Shown: positions 1-10,146, counted from the stretch's first letter. The stretch is 60,768 nucleotides of DNA from Nitrospira sp. (GCA_024330945.1 JANDJJ010000001.1:1-60768); one strand, 5' to 3'. Translations and numbers: made by a program. Notes: generated by a model not told the origin, from the letters alone.

Positions 1-144
1 TGTGATCATGAACAACGGCAGCAGGCTATGGATCATCTCGGACGAGATGTCCATCAAGAGGCTGACGAACCCCAGAGCCCAGACACCTGACGGAATCCGG
101 CCTAGCCGGTGATCAGAAGGGGAAATGATGATGAGGGGTTTCAC
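1..144 (-). CDS. MFS transporter, N-terminal part only (runs off the window edge)
   Basis: Hand translation from GTG at 144 gives MKPLIIISPSDHRLGRIPSGVWALGFVSLLMDISSEMIHSLLPLFMIT, a typical MFS TM1. Not in the ORF track. Confidence 0.8.
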   Translation of the reverse strand, partial: MKPLIIISPSDHRLGRIPSGVWALGFVSLLMDISSEMIHSLLPLFMIT

Positions 145-151
145 CGGTGTT

Positions 152-763
152 TTATTCTACCGCTCGCCCCTGTAGAAACAGGCTCTGTTCCAAAGCACGG
201 AAGAATTGCTGGTAGGGTACCGGATCTTCCACAGCCCGCAGGTAGAACTGAGCGTTGGCACGGACCACCAATTGCGACTCATTCCGCTTACGGACGGTGA
301 CGGTCAATCGCACGAGATTGTTCCGGTGATAGAACGGTCCCCAGGTTCTGATGTTGCGATTCAGCACGAGCAACGTATCGGGGCGATAGAGGAGGTATCC
401 AAGATCAACGCCGTAGATGCGCTCGTTCTCGACGTACTTTTTGCCCGACACAATGCCCAACTCTTCATCCAGGACCTCCACCATGAAGTCCAGGTCCTGC
501 ATGGTGGAGATGATCGCCGACAGTATCCGCTGCCGATCCGTGGTGTCGAAGACCCGCGATTGTGCGGCCCTGATCTTGACCTGACTGTCATCTGAAAGCC
601 AAATTTGAGCGCGGGCGTCCCACTGGTTGTCATGCCGCAGTTCATACGGAGTCGGGCATCCCTGCAAGAGCAGGCATAACGCGACGCCGGAGACCGCGCC
701 GAGCCATCCGAACATCCTCCTTCCCGCGAACGGTGAATCGTTGTGCCCGAGGCCCATCGTCAC
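152..763 (-). CDS. Lipoprotein, BamC-like/helix-grip family, paralog 3
   Basis: Lipobox LLQGC. Shares QSRxF...QDLxF...G and DPxxYQxFFxxLxxxLF motifs with the two upstream ORFs. Confidence 0.75.
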   Translation of the reverse strand: MTMGLGHNDSPFAGRRMFGWLGAVSGVALCLLLQGCPTPYELRHDNQWDARAQIWLSDDSQVKIRAAQSRVFDTTDRQRILSAIISTMQDLDFMVEVLDEELGIVSGKKYVENERIYGVDLGYLLYRPDTLLVLNRNIRTWGPFYHRNNLVRLTVTVRKRNESQLVVRANAQFYLRAVEDPVPYQQFFRALEQSLFLQGRAVE

Positions 764-776
764 TCCATCGAACGGA

Positions 777-1235
777 TCATTCTTTGGCGATAAACAGCGA
801 TCGTTCGAGCGTCGCGAAGAAATTCTGATAGACCTTAGGATCCTCGATCGGCTTGTTGTTATAGATGGCGTTGGCCCGAATCATCATCCGCCTTTCCCCC
901 TCCGATCGCACGGTGACGGTGATGCCCACGACATCATAGAAATTCGGCTCAGCGAAACGAGCCGCCGTCACCAGCCCCAACGACTCATTGGCCCGCTCGA
1001 TGATGAATCCCAGATCCTGCAGAGCCGCGATCACGCCCCGCATGGCGACCTGCCGATCCGCCACGTCGAAGGACCGGGACTGCACGCTCCGGATTTTCAT
1101 CTGCGCCTCGGTCGGCGCGAGTAAATCCTGACTGGGTTGCGGCGTGGCACAGCCCTGCGCAATGCTAAGCGCGACGACAAGCAGGCCCGCCTCCACTGCT
1201 TTCGCCACGTTGTAGGCAATCCGTGGTGTCATCAT
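777..1235 (-). CDS. Lipoprotein, BamC-like/helix-grip family, paralog 2
   Basis: Lipobox IAQGC; QSRSFD..LQDLGF; DPKVYQNFFATLERSLF. Confidence 0.75.
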   Translation of the reverse strand: MMTPRIAYNVAKAVEAGLLVVALSIAQGCATPQPSQDLLAPTEAQMKIRSVQSRSFDVADRQVAMRGVIAALQDLGFIIERANESLGLVTAARFAEPNFYDVVGITVTVRSEGERRMMIRANAIYNNKPIEDPKVYQNFFATLERSLFIAKE

Positions 1236-1254
1236 CGCCTCACTGTGGTGCGCA

Positions 1255-1854
1255 TCAGAGAGTAAAGGCCTCCAGAAAGACGGCCTTGGACAATTTGGCG
1301 AAAAACGTCTGATAAAGAACAGGGTCTCGCACCATTTCCATCCGTTGTTCTCCCGGCGGAATCGGCTGCCGGCCTGCTAACCCGTCTCCTTTCCAAATGA
1401 CCCGGTAAAATATGACTCGCACTTCATGGCGAGTCCCCTCCGGATTCACCGGCCTCGTGATCAACGTCGCAGCAATTTTCTGATGGAGATCGACGGGAAT
1501 CACGATCGGAGGTTGGTTTACCAACACCAGCGCGGAGCTGAGCAGAAACACCAGAAAGCGGCTGATGTCCTGACCGTGCTCCCGCGCGCTCCGTTCCTTC
1601 GTCGCCCGCAGAAACCCTACTTCCCGCGCACTTTCTTCGATTTGAAATCCCAGATCCTGGAGCACAGCGGCCGAGGCGGACAGGAGTTCCGCCTCATCTT
1701 TGGTCTCGAAGAGACGGATCTGCATGGCCCTGTGGCTTAGACTTTCGGGGGTCAATTGAAAAAACTCAGTCGGCTGCGTCTGCGCCATGCAACCCATCAG
1801 GTGGCTGGCCACAACCGCCACACAGACCATCGCTCCCCATCGCCCCTTCGTCAT
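1255..1854 (-). CDS. Lipoprotein, BamC-like/helix-grip family, paralog 1
   Basis: Lipobox LMGC; QIRLFE..LQDLGF; DPVLYQTFFAKLSKAVF. Carries a hydrophobic insert FLVFLLSSALVLV. Confidence 0.75.
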   Translation of the reverse strand: MTKGRWGAMVCVAVVASHLMGCMAQTQPTEFFQLTPESLSHRAMQIRLFETKDEAELLSASAAVLQDLGFQIEESAREVGFLRATKERSAREHGQDISRFLVFLLSSALVLVNQPPIVIPVDLHQKIAATLITRPVNPEGTRHEVRVIFYRVIWKGDGLAGRQPIPPGEQRMEMVRDPVLYQTFFAKLSKAVFLEAFTL

Positions 1855-1866
1855 GAATCGGTCCGC

Positions 1867-2256
1867 CTAGAACTGTGTATAGTTGTAGGAAAAATCTCGC
1901 ACTTTCTTGTCTTCGTCGTACTTGATGATGATGGTCAAGGTCCGCTGCCGCTGCGAACTGGAACTGTCTCGTGCGCTGGCACCCAGAATGATCAGCCCTG
2001 CAAAAGACGACCGAGCCGTGTCAACCCGGTCAGTCGAAACCTTGTCGTAGATCCAGACCTCCCGGCGCTTTTCATCCGTTGTCACGATATTCGGACTGCC
2101 CAGCAATTCCGCGACTTGCGATGCCGGCATGCCAACCTTGATCTCCCCCTGCACTTTGCCGACGGTCAACCGGTCTTCCTTGATCTCCGCCGTTCCGCCG
2201 CCGCAGCCGGCTGCCATCACCACACACATGCCCAACGCCACCCCCAGTCTTTTCAT
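1867..2256 (-). CDS. SmpA/OmlA (BamE-like) lipoprotein
   Basis: Start reassigned to ATG 2256 (SD GAGGAGGG). Lipobox MAAGC. IKVGMPASQVAELLGSP...EVWIY signature; C-terminal LTIIIKYDEDKKV. Confidence 0.75.
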   Translation of the reverse strand: MKRLGVALGMCVVMAAGCGGGTAEIKEDRLTVGKVQGEIKVGMPASQVAELLGSPNIVTTDEKRREVWIYDKVSTDRVDTARSSFAGLIILGASARDSSSSQRQRTLTIIIKYDEDKKVRDFSYNYTQF

Positions 2257-2375
2257 CGAACGTCCCTCCTCGTATTGTGCACCACGGTCTCCACCGGATG
2301 GCCGGCCCCACCTTGTCTGATCAGTTCTTTTTACGAGTAGCATACACGCTGCGGACGGAGCAATCACCTGATCGG

Positions 2376-3842
2376 TTACGTCTGTCTCCGCGCGGGCTCT
2401 TCGTCATCGTGATGGTCACCGTACGGAGAAGGAATGCCATAGCGCTTGCACTTCTCCCACAGGGCCTTGCGCGACAGGCCCAACACCTTGGACGCCGTCG
2501 TCCGGCTTCCCTCGACCTGCTCCAAGACGGAGACGATATAGTCCTTTTCAAACTGCTCGCGCGCCGCCGCGAGCGGCATCAACGGTCTGTGGGCCGCTTG
2601 TTTGCCACCGGTCAACCCTTCGTTGCAAAAGCCGCACGACTCTTGGGGAGGACCGCCGAGATAGGGGCAGGACGAAAATCCGCAGAGGTCGCTTGGCTCG
2701 ATCACCTGACGTTCATGGCCCAAGGCCACCGCTCGCTCGACGATGTTTTCAAGTTCGCGGACGTTCCCGGGGTATGAATAGCGCAGCAGCAGCTCACGGG
2801 CGGCTGGTGAGAATCCCTTGAGCTTCTTATTCAATTTGGCAGCGCAGGTTTCAATGACGTGCTCCGCGATGAGCATGATGTCCTCCCGCCGCTCCCGGAG
2901 CGGCGGAATGACAACCTGTACCACGTTGAGTCGATAAAAGAGGTCATCGCGAAACCGCCCTTGCGCCACCTCCTTACGCAAATCCTTCTGCGTGGCACAC
3001 ACCAATCGGACATCGGCTTCGATTGTGTCGTTGCCCCCCACCCGCTCAAACGTTCGCTCTTGCAGCACTCTCAACAACTTGACCTGCACCACCGGCGACA
3101 GTTCTCCGATTTCGTCCAGAAACAACGTCCCCCGATGGGCCAATTCAAATCGCCCGCGCCGCTGGCGGAGGGCGCCGGTGAAGGCGCCTTTCTCATGGCC
3201 GAATAGCTCGGCCTCCAGCAATGTTTCCGGCAGAGCGGCGCAACTCACCTTGATCAACGGGCCGTCCCGTCGCGGACTGTTTTGATGCACCGCATTGGCC
3301 ACCAGTTCCTTTCCTGTCCCGCTTTCGCCCAGAATCAACACCGTCGAGTCGGTCGCCGCAACCAGCTTGATCTTTTCCAACACCGCTCGCATCCGGCTGT
3401 TGGCTCCCAGAATACCTCCGAAGCTGAACTTGTCCTCCAACGTCGCCTTGAGGTCCTCGTTTTCGCGCCGCAGCATCACGACACGCGCAATCCGCTCGAC
3501 AATCAGCAAAAGTTCATCCATCTGAAAAGGCTTGGTAATGTAATCCACCGCCCCCATTTTCATCGCGCCCACCGCCGTTTCCACGGAGCCATGGGCGGTA
3601 ATGACCAACACTTCCGTTTCGGCATGCCGCGCCTTGGCTTCCTTCAGCACGGTCAAGCCGTCGCAGCCGGGGAGCCGGAGATCGGTGATCACCACGTCGA
3701 ACCGCCTCTGCTTGACGGCCTCGACCCCCTCCGTCCCCGACGAAGCCGTCTGCACGTCGTACCCGACGGCCTCCAGTGCATCCACCATCGAGAGCCGGAT
3801 CAACGGCTCGTCGTCCACCAACAGGATCGACAGTCCTTTCAC
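2376..3842 (-). CDS. Sigma54-dependent response regulator (NtrC/AtoC type)
   Basis: Receiver (LVDDE, ITDLRLP), GESGTGKE, ELFGHEKGAFTGA, YPGNVREL, C-terminal Fis-type HTH. Confidence 0.95.
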   Translation of the reverse strand: MKGLSILLVDDEPLIRLSMVDALEAVGYDVQTASSGTEGVEAVKQRRFDVVITDLRLPGCDGLTVLKEAKARHAETEVLVITAHGSVETAVGAMKMGAVDYITKPFQMDELLLIVERIARVVMLRRENEDLKATLEDKFSFGGILGANSRMRAVLEKIKLVAATDSTVLILGESGTGKELVANAVHQNSPRRDGPLIKVSCAALPETLLEAELFGHEKGAFTGALRQRRGRFELAHRGTLFLDEIGELSPVVQVKLLRVLQERTFERVGGNDTIEADVRLVCATQKDLRKEVAQGRFRDDLFYRLNVVQVVIPPLRERREDIMLIAEHVIETCAAKLNKKLKGFSPAARELLLRYSYPGNVRELENIVERAVALGHERQVIEPSDLCGFSSCPYLGGPPQESCGFCNEGLTGGKQAAHRPLMPLAAAREQFEKDYIVSVLEQVEGSRTTASKVLGLSRKALWEKCKRYGIPSPYGDHHDDEEPARRQT

Positions 3843-6800
3843 GGCACACGCTCCGCCAACGAATGATCACGCGACACCGGCAAGCACAGCGTGAACGTCG
3901 TCCCCTTGCCGACCTCGCTGTCCACTAAAATTTTGCCGCCATGACGCTCGACGATGCCCAGATTGACGGACAATCCCAGCCCTGTGCCTTCGCCCTCGCC
4001 CTTGGTCGTGAAAAACGGATCAAACACGCGGGAAAGGATGGACGGGGGGATACCGGAGCCGGTATCACGAACCTCGACGCGGCAAATTCCTTCGGCAACC
4101 GACGTTCGGATTGTCAAGACCCCGCCTTTTTTCATCGCCTGGACGGCGTTCAAGATCAGATTCATCAAGACCTGTTCGATCATATGGCTGTCCACCATCA
4201 CGTTGGGCAAGCCGAGCCCCAACTCGGTTTCGAGTGCAATGCGGTTGGGCGCAAACAAATGTGTGGTCAGCGTCAACACCCGCTCGACAATCTGGTTGAT
4301 GTCGGCCGGACTGAATTCCGGCTCGTGTTGTTGAGAGAAATCCAGCAATTGTCGAACGATCTTCTGGACCCGCCTGACGCCGTGCTCCATGGAGGCCCAG
4401 TACTCCTCTTGCCGGGCCGGTGAAATTCCCCCTTTGCGGAGATTGTAGAGACAGTTGAGGATGCCGCCCAGGGGATTGTTGATCTCATGGGCCACGCCGG
4501 CCGCCAGTTTCCCGATGGACGCCAATTTTTCGGCGCTACGGATCTGCTGCTCCAGCTTTTTCGTCTCCGTCATGTCGCGGGCGATCCCGAGCACGCCGAG
4601 AATCCGCCCCTCGGCTCCTTGGAGAGGAGAGACGCTGATCATCGCCGTGCGGATCTCGCCCCGCTTAGTCACGATTTCCACCTCATACACCTGTTTCGCG
4701 CCGATGTCCAAGGTGGCCTTGAGGCGCCGGCCGCGATGGCGCCGCGAGAGCAACGAGAGATAGGGACGGCCCAACAGATCGTCCTTGCGATACCCCCACG
4801 CCCCGACCTTGCCGTTGACGTAGGTGAATCGCTGTTCCGTATCGAGCGTGTAGATGACGTCGTTGGCGTTTTCCAGCAAGTTTTCCAAGTATTGTTTCGT
4901 CTCCTCGATTTCCCTTGTCCGTTCTCTCACCTTGAGCTCAAGGTCCTCCCGATAGGACTGCAACTGCTGCTCGAGTTTCTTGCGGTCGGTAATGTCCCGC
5001 ATCTGCACCATGACTAGGTCTCGATCGGCGCCCCCGGCGCCGATCAGATTCATCTCGACCGGCACCACGCGGCCGTCGCAATGCCTGACGGCGATTTCCC
5101 TCGTCAGGACCCGCTGGTGGCCGCCTTCGATCTCCGCCAACCATTCCTTGAACTCACGGTGACGGTCCTCTGCAATCAGATCGAGAATGTTCCGCCCGAC
5201 GACACCGGCCTCCGCGTAACCCAGCACCTGTTCCTCGCGTTTGTTCACGGCGGCGATCATTCCGCAGGCGTCGACCATGACCACCGAGTCGGCGACCAGA
5301 TCGAACAAGGCCTTGTAGCGGGCCTGCGAGGCCGCCAACTGCCGCGTGCGATCCGACACGGCCTGCTCCAGTCCCGCCGTATAGCGATGCAGCTCTTGCT
5401 CCAACCGACGCCGCTCCGTAACGTCCCGGACGAACGCCCGGGAATAAATCAACCCTCCGCGCTCATGGTCGAGCAGCGCGGTGGCATGAATTTCGACATC
5501 GATGGTTCGCCCGTCCTTCGCCACGAGCACGGTTTCCATGCACCCCTGTCCCCGCGCGACCAGTTGTTCAAGAAAATGCAGCACCCGCGGCGCTTCTCCC
5601 TTCGGCACCACTTCCCAGAGTCGAAGCGCCAGCATGTCTTCCAAGGTATAGCCCAACTTGTCGAGTCCCGTCTTGTTCACGTGGACGAACCGGCCCCCGC
5701 GATCCATCTGGTAAATCATCTCCGGCGAATGCTCGATCAAATCGCGATACCGCTCCTCCAACTGTTTGACATCGGCCATCTGCCGTTCGATCTGCCCGAA
5801 CGACCGTTGCAGATTGGCGGCCATGTGATTGAACGCTTCCGCCAGTTGCTCGATTTCGTCGCCGGTTTTGAGATCAAGCCGTCGATCCAACCGTCCGCTC
5901 CCGATCTCTTGGGCCCCTTCCTGCAGCAGTTTGATCGGGCCGGCGATGCGCCCCGCCATCACCACTCCGATTCCGCCGAGCACGGCCAACACCGTTCCGC
6001 CGAACAAGAGGATCTTGGTCATCAACTCGTCGAGGGGGGCGAAGATTTCTCTGGGGTCCTGCCGCACGACGACCAGCCACTGTCGGCCTCCAAGGCTCCC
6101 CGTGGCAAGGCCATCGGCGAATCGCACGGGCGCGTACCCGATCATGCCTCCTTCGCTCCCGTGCGAATCGTCATCGACCGACGCCCACCCGGATTTGAGC
6201 GCCCCCAATAGGCCGACGATGTCAGGACGGATCGTGTGCGCTTCCGGAGCCAGCACCGGACAGAGAACTACGGCGCCGTCCGAGCCGACCAACATGGCGT
6301 GCCCCGTGGCACCGAGCGAAACTTCCGCAATGGAATGGAACACGGTGTCGCGTCGAAGCAGAATCGTGATCACTCCGATCGCCGTCTTCTGTCCTTCGTC
6401 CAGGATGGGCACCGCGACGGTCACGACGTGCGTCCCGAAGGCGGGATCGAACGCCACGTCGCCCACGTAGGGCCGCGCCCCGCCGTCTTGCACGACGGCC
6501 CGCCACCACGCCGTCTTCTTGTACCAATACTCCACCTGAGGAATGGAACTGATCACCAGGGCTCCTTGCCCATCCGTCACCAGAATGCCGACGTAGTCGG
6601 ATTTCCGAATCTCATGCCAGCGGATCAGCGAATTCGTCGAAATTCGGTTGACGAACAGCGGAAACTCGCTGCGCGAATCCCGTTGCCCCCAGCGCTGCTG
6701 CCAATCCTTGATGATGGCCTCGATGACGCGGGGATCTTTGCCCTCATAGGTTCGATTAGCTTCCAAGACGGCGGCGCGAAGGAACGGCATGGTGGCGAGC

Positions 6801-7024
6801 TGTTGCGCCTCGTTGACGGCTCGGGTCACCTGCATTTCGACACGGCGGGCCGCCTCGACGGCGGCTTCTTTGAAATTCGCCCCCGTGGTCTCGCGTAACG
6901 CCCGACGCTCTTCGAGATAGAGCAGGATCAGAAACAGCGTCAGAGGCAGGAGGCCGACCACCACAATCGCCGCGATGATCTTGAGCTGGAGGCTGTGGAA
7001 CCGGCTCCAGAATGTCATGCCCAT
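3839..7024 (-). CDS. Sensor histidine kinase (TM-Cache-TM-HAMP-3xPAS-HisKA-HATPase)
   Basis: AHEINNPL H-box; NLILNA, DTGSGI, FDPFFTTK and GTGLGL boxes; HAMP (DEIEQLAEAFN); three PAS repeats ending RDVTE/RDITD/RDMTE. 4-nt overlap with the regulator. Confidence 0.95.
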   Translation of the reverse strand: MGMTFWSRFHSLQLKIIAAIVVVGLLPLTLFLILLYLEERRALRETTGANFKEAAVEAARRVEMQVTRAVNEAQQLATMPFLRAAVLEANRTYEGKDPRVIEAIIKDWQQRWGQRDSRSEFPLFVNRISTNSLIRWHEIRKSDYVGILVTDGQGALVISSIPQVEYWYKKTAWWRAVVQDGGARPYVGDVAFDPAFGTHVVTVAVPILDEGQKTAIGVITILLRRDTVFHSIAEVSLGATGHAMLVGSDGAVVLCPVLAPEAHTIRPDIVGLLGALKSGWASVDDDSHGSEGGMIGYAPVRFADGLATGSLGGRQWLVVVRQDPREIFAPLDELMTKILLFGGTVLAVLGGIGVVMAGRIAGPIKLLQEGAQEIGSGRLDRRLDLKTGDEIEQLAEAFNHMAANLQRSFGQIERQMADVKQLEERYRDLIEHSPEMIYQMDRGGRFVHVNKTGLDKLGYTLEDMLALRLWEVVPKGEAPRVLHFLEQLVARGQGCMETVLVAKDGRTIDVEIHATALLDHERGGLIYSRAFVRDVTERRRLEQELHRYTAGLEQAVSDRTRQLAASQARYKALFDLVADSVVMVDACGMIAAVNKREEQVLGYAEAGVVGRNILDLIAEDRHREFKEWLAEIEGGHQRVLTREIAVRHCDGRVVPVEMNLIGAGGADRDLVMVQMRDITDRKKLEQQLQSYREDLELKVRERTREIEETKQYLENLLENANDVIYTLDTEQRFTYVNGKVGAWGYRKDDLLGRPYLSLLSRRHRGRRLKATLDIGAKQVYEVEIVTKRGEIRTAMISVSPLQGAEGRILGVLGIARDMTETKKLEQQIRSAEKLASIGKLAAGVAHEINNPLGGILNCLYNLRKGGISPARQEEYWASMEHGVRRVQKIVRQLLDFSQQHEPEFSPADINQIVERVLTLTTHLFAPNRIALETELGLGLPNVMVDSHMIEQVLMNLILNAVQAMKKGGVLTIRTSVAEGICRVEVRDTGSGIPPSILSRVFDPFFTTKGEGEGTGLGLSVNLGIVERHGGKILVDSEVGKGTTFTLCLPVSRDHSLAERVP

Positions 7025-7129
7025 CCCATCGTTTGAGGGAAGGGACCGCGGGAGAATCCCTCCGCGAGAAAACGACCGGCGGAGCGGCTCGCGGTCTCCG
7101 AACGGAACCGTCTTATTCCATCATCCGTC

Positions 7130-8047
7130 TCAACCGCGTTTCAAGAGCCGGCCGGGCTTGCCCGGCCACAGAAGGATCAGCGGACTCGCCACAAAGACGG
7201 ACGAATAGGTGCCGCAAATCACACCCCACAGAAGCGCCAGCGAAAAATCGTGCAGCACCTCGCCGCCCGCGACCGTCAAGGGAATCAGCACCAGGATTAC
7301 CGTCAAGCTGGTGACGATGGTTCGGCTCAGAACCTGATTGACGGCGTTGTTGATTGTGGCTTCCTCACTCTCCCGGCGGCGCACCTTCAGGTTTTCCCGG
7401 ATCCGGTCGAAGACGACGACGGTATCGGTCAGGGAATAGCCGGCCAGCGTCAACAGGGCCGTGACGATGAGCAGCGTGATCTCCTTGTCCAGCACGTAGA
7501 ACGCGCCGAGCACCGCCAACACGTCGTGAAACGTCGCCAGCGCCGCCGCAACGCCGAACCGCAGCTCGAATCGCGCCGCGATGTACATGATGATCCCGGC
7601 GAAGGAAATGAGGATCGCGATGAGCGCATCCTCCTGAAGCTTTTTGCCGATCGTCGGACCGATTTCGGTCGTGGAGTCCACCACGAACGAATTGCCGGGG
7701 AACTCCTTGGTGAACGCGGCGACGATCCGTTCCGCGATCTTTTCCTCAATCGTCGTCGAGGTTTTGACGCGAACGAGGAGCTTGTTGTCCTCCCCGAATT
7801 CCTGCAGCTCGGCATTGCCTAATCCGTTGGACTCCAGCGCCTTTCTTGCTTCATCGATGCGGATCGGCTGCTCGAACTTCAACTGCACCGCCGTGCCGCC
7901 GGCGAAATCGATGCCGAGATTCGCCGCCCCCCGGGCGATCTGAATCACGGCCACGAGCCCCAGCGCGACCATGAGACCGGACAAGGCGAAGGTGATTTTG
8001 CGCTTGCCCATGAAATCGATGTCGGTTTTTCCTACGATCTCGAACAT
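7130..8047 (-). CDS. secF: Protein translocase subunit SecF
   Basis: LGIDFAGG, IGPTIG, GYSLTDTVVVFDRIREN. Confidence 0.97.
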   Translation of the reverse strand: MFEIVGKTDIDFMGKRKITFALSGLMVALGLVAVIQIARGAANLGIDFAGGTAVQLKFEQPIRIDEARKALESNGLGNAELQEFGEDNKLLVRVKTSTTIEEKIAERIVAAFTKEFPGNSFVVDSTTEIGPTIGKKLQEDALIAILISFAGIIMYIAARFELRFGVAAALATFHDVLAVLGAFYVLDKEITLLIVTALLTLAGYSLTDTVVVFDRIRENLKVRRRESEEATINNAVNQVLSRTIVTSLTVILVLIPLTVAGGEVLHDFSLALLWGVICGTYSSVFVASPLILLWPGKPGRLLKRG

Positions 8048-8115
8048 GCCTGCTCCTTACCGAACGGGGGAGCGGGGACTCCAATCCACGCGCTCCGCCT
8101 CGAATTCGCTTCGTT

Positions 8116-9762
8116 TCAAATACTCAACGTCTGAGCTTTCGGTTGTCGCCTGTACCAGAGGTCGAAAATCACCTTGGTGCCGACCAACGCCGTGAACAGA
8201 TTGATCGCGATGCCCAGGCACAACGTGACGGCAAACCCCTTGATCGGTCCCGTTCCGAATAAAAAGAGCGCCACCCCGGTGATCAACGTCGTCACGTGCG
8301 AATCGATGATCGTGAGCAACGCCTTGTCGTAACCGGCGTCGATCGCCGTCCGCACGGCCTTGCCGCTCCGCAATTCCTCTCGGATACGCTCGAAAATCAA
8401 CACGTTCGAGTCGACCCCCATTCCGATCGTGAGCACGATCCCGGCGATGCCCGGCAACGTCAGCGTCGCGTTCAAAGCGGACAGCGCGCCCATGAGACAC
8501 ACCAGGTTCAAAATCAGCGCAAAGTCGGCGATCGCGCCGGAGAGCCGGTAATACACGATCATGAACAAGATGACCATCGCGCCCGCGATCAGCGTCGCCC
8601 TGATGCCCTTGTCGATCGAGTCTTGCCCGAGAGACGGACCGACCGTCAAATCCTGTACGATCTTGAGAGGCGCCGGCAGAGCCCCGGCCCGCAGCACGAT
8701 GGCGAGATCGTTGGCCTCCTGCGTCGTAAAGGTGCCGGTGATTTGGGCGCGCCCCCCTCCGATCCGCTCTTGAATGACGGGCGCCGAATAAATTGTGTTG
8801 TCGAGCACAATGGCCATTCGTTTTTTGACGTTCTCCGCCGTGATCCGCTCGAACTCCTGGCCTCCCTTGGAATCAAAGGTGATGGACACGTAGGGATCGT
8901 TGAATTGCCCGATCGACACCCGCGCATCGCTCAAGACATCACCGGTGAGCATGACCCGCTTTTTGACCAGATATGGAATCCTGTATTCGCGTCTCGTTTC
9001 TTTGTCGACCACACGCTCGAACAAAATTTCATCGCCCTCAGGGATCTTGTCCTGAAACTGCCGGACGATTTCCTCTTCCATGTCCTTCGGAATCCGGGCC
9101 GGCAGCTCCAACCGCAGTTGGGCGTCCTCGTCCAGCATTTTGAACTCAAGCAGCGCGGTTTCCTTGATCAAGTCCTTGGCCCGCTTGGGCTCTTTGATGC
9201 CGGGCAACTGCACGACGATCTGCTTCAAGCCCTGCCGCTGCACGATCGGCTCGGTCACGCCGAACTGATCGATTCGGTTGCGGATCGTCTCCAGGGCCTG
9301 ATTGATCGCGAAATCCTTGATGCGCTTGCTTTCCGCTTCGCGGAGCTGCCACACCAGAGAGGTGGGCGTCCCGGCCGATTCGTTTTCGACGAAGGATGGA
9401 TACTCGTCGATCAGTTTTTGGATCGAGGATTTGAGTCCCTCATCCCCGAATCGAATCGTAATCTGCTCGGAGGCCGTGCGTTTCACTGACTCAACGGCAA
9501 TGCTCTTTTCGGCCAGCAAGTCTTGGAGCGACGTCACGGTCCGATCGACCGTGATCTCCACCGCCCGATCTTCGTCCACCTCCATCACCAGGTGAATACC
9601 GCCCTGCAAGTCGAGTCCCAACGCGATGCCCTTGTCCGGAAGGACGGTCTTCATCCAACCGGGCAACGTTTGATACAGCGGCTGGTACGACGGCAACGAA
9701 CCTATCACCGACATCACGATGACCAGCGCCAACAACCCCAATCGCCCGTTCACCTTCTTCAT
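8116..9762 (-). CDS. secD: Protein translocase subunit SecD
   Basis: LGLDLQGG, RIDQFGVTEP, LRAGALPAP, VGPSLG, GMGVDSNVLIFERIREE. Confidence 0.97.
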   Translation of the reverse strand: MKKVNGRLGLLALVIVMSVIGSLPSYQPLYQTLPGWMKTVLPDKGIALGLDLQGGIHLVMEVDEDRAVEITVDRTVTSLQDLLAEKSIAVESVKRTASEQITIRFGDEGLKSSIQKLIDEYPSFVENESAGTPTSLVWQLREAESKRIKDFAINQALETIRNRIDQFGVTEPIVQRQGLKQIVVQLPGIKEPKRAKDLIKETALLEFKMLDEDAQLRLELPARIPKDMEEEIVRQFQDKIPEGDEILFERVVDKETRREYRIPYLVKKRVMLTGDVLSDARVSIGQFNDPYVSITFDSKGGQEFERITAENVKKRMAIVLDNTIYSAPVIQERIGGGRAQITGTFTTQEANDLAIVLRAGALPAPLKIVQDLTVGPSLGQDSIDKGIRATLIAGAMVILFMIVYYRLSGAIADFALILNLVCLMGALSALNATLTLPGIAGIVLTIGMGVDSNVLIFERIREELRSGKAVRTAIDAGYDKALLTIIDSHVTTLITGVALFLFGTGPIKGFAVTLCLGIAINLFTALVGTKVIFDLWYRRQPKAQTLSI

Positions 9763-9792
9763 GATCGCTCCACCCTCTTCATTCCGTGCAGC

Positions 9793-10146
9793 CTACGCAT
9801 CTTTTTCTTTGTCCTCGTCTTCCCCGCGCAGCCGCGCGATGGAATCTCGCTGGATCTTGATCCTCGTATTGTCGGCTATTTGGAGGGTGACGGTCTGTTT
9901 GCCGAGATTCGTGACCGTCCCCCATATGCCGGACGAGGTCACGACTTTGTCGCCTTTCTTGAGCGCGTCGATCAAGGCCTTCTGCTCTTTCTGTTTCTTC
10001 TGTTGCGGCCTGATCAGCAGAAAGTAAAAGATGATGAAAATCAAAATGAAGGGAACGAGGGAGAGCAGCCCCCCCGGACCTTGACCTCCGGCCCCCGCCC
10101 CGTTTGCTCCGGTTCCCTGGGCCCATGCAATGGATTCCATCAACAT
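9793..10146 (-). CDS. yajC: Preprotein translocase subunit YajC
   Basis: FYFLLIRPQQKKQKE..LKKGDKVVTSSGIWG. tgt-yajC-secDF synteny. Start set at ATG 10146 (10140 is an alternative). Confidence 0.95.
   Translation of the reverse strand: MLMESIAWAQGTGANGAGAGGQGPGGLLSLVPFILIFIIFYFLLIRPQQKKQKEQKALIDALKKGDKVVTSSGIWGTVTNLGKQTVTLQIADNTRIKIQRDSIARLRGEDEDKEKDA

Noticed and set aside
8296-9489. 397-aa + strand ORF and similar shadow ORFs over the kinase, tgt and argS
   Set aside because: Antisense shadows of conserved housekeeping genes.
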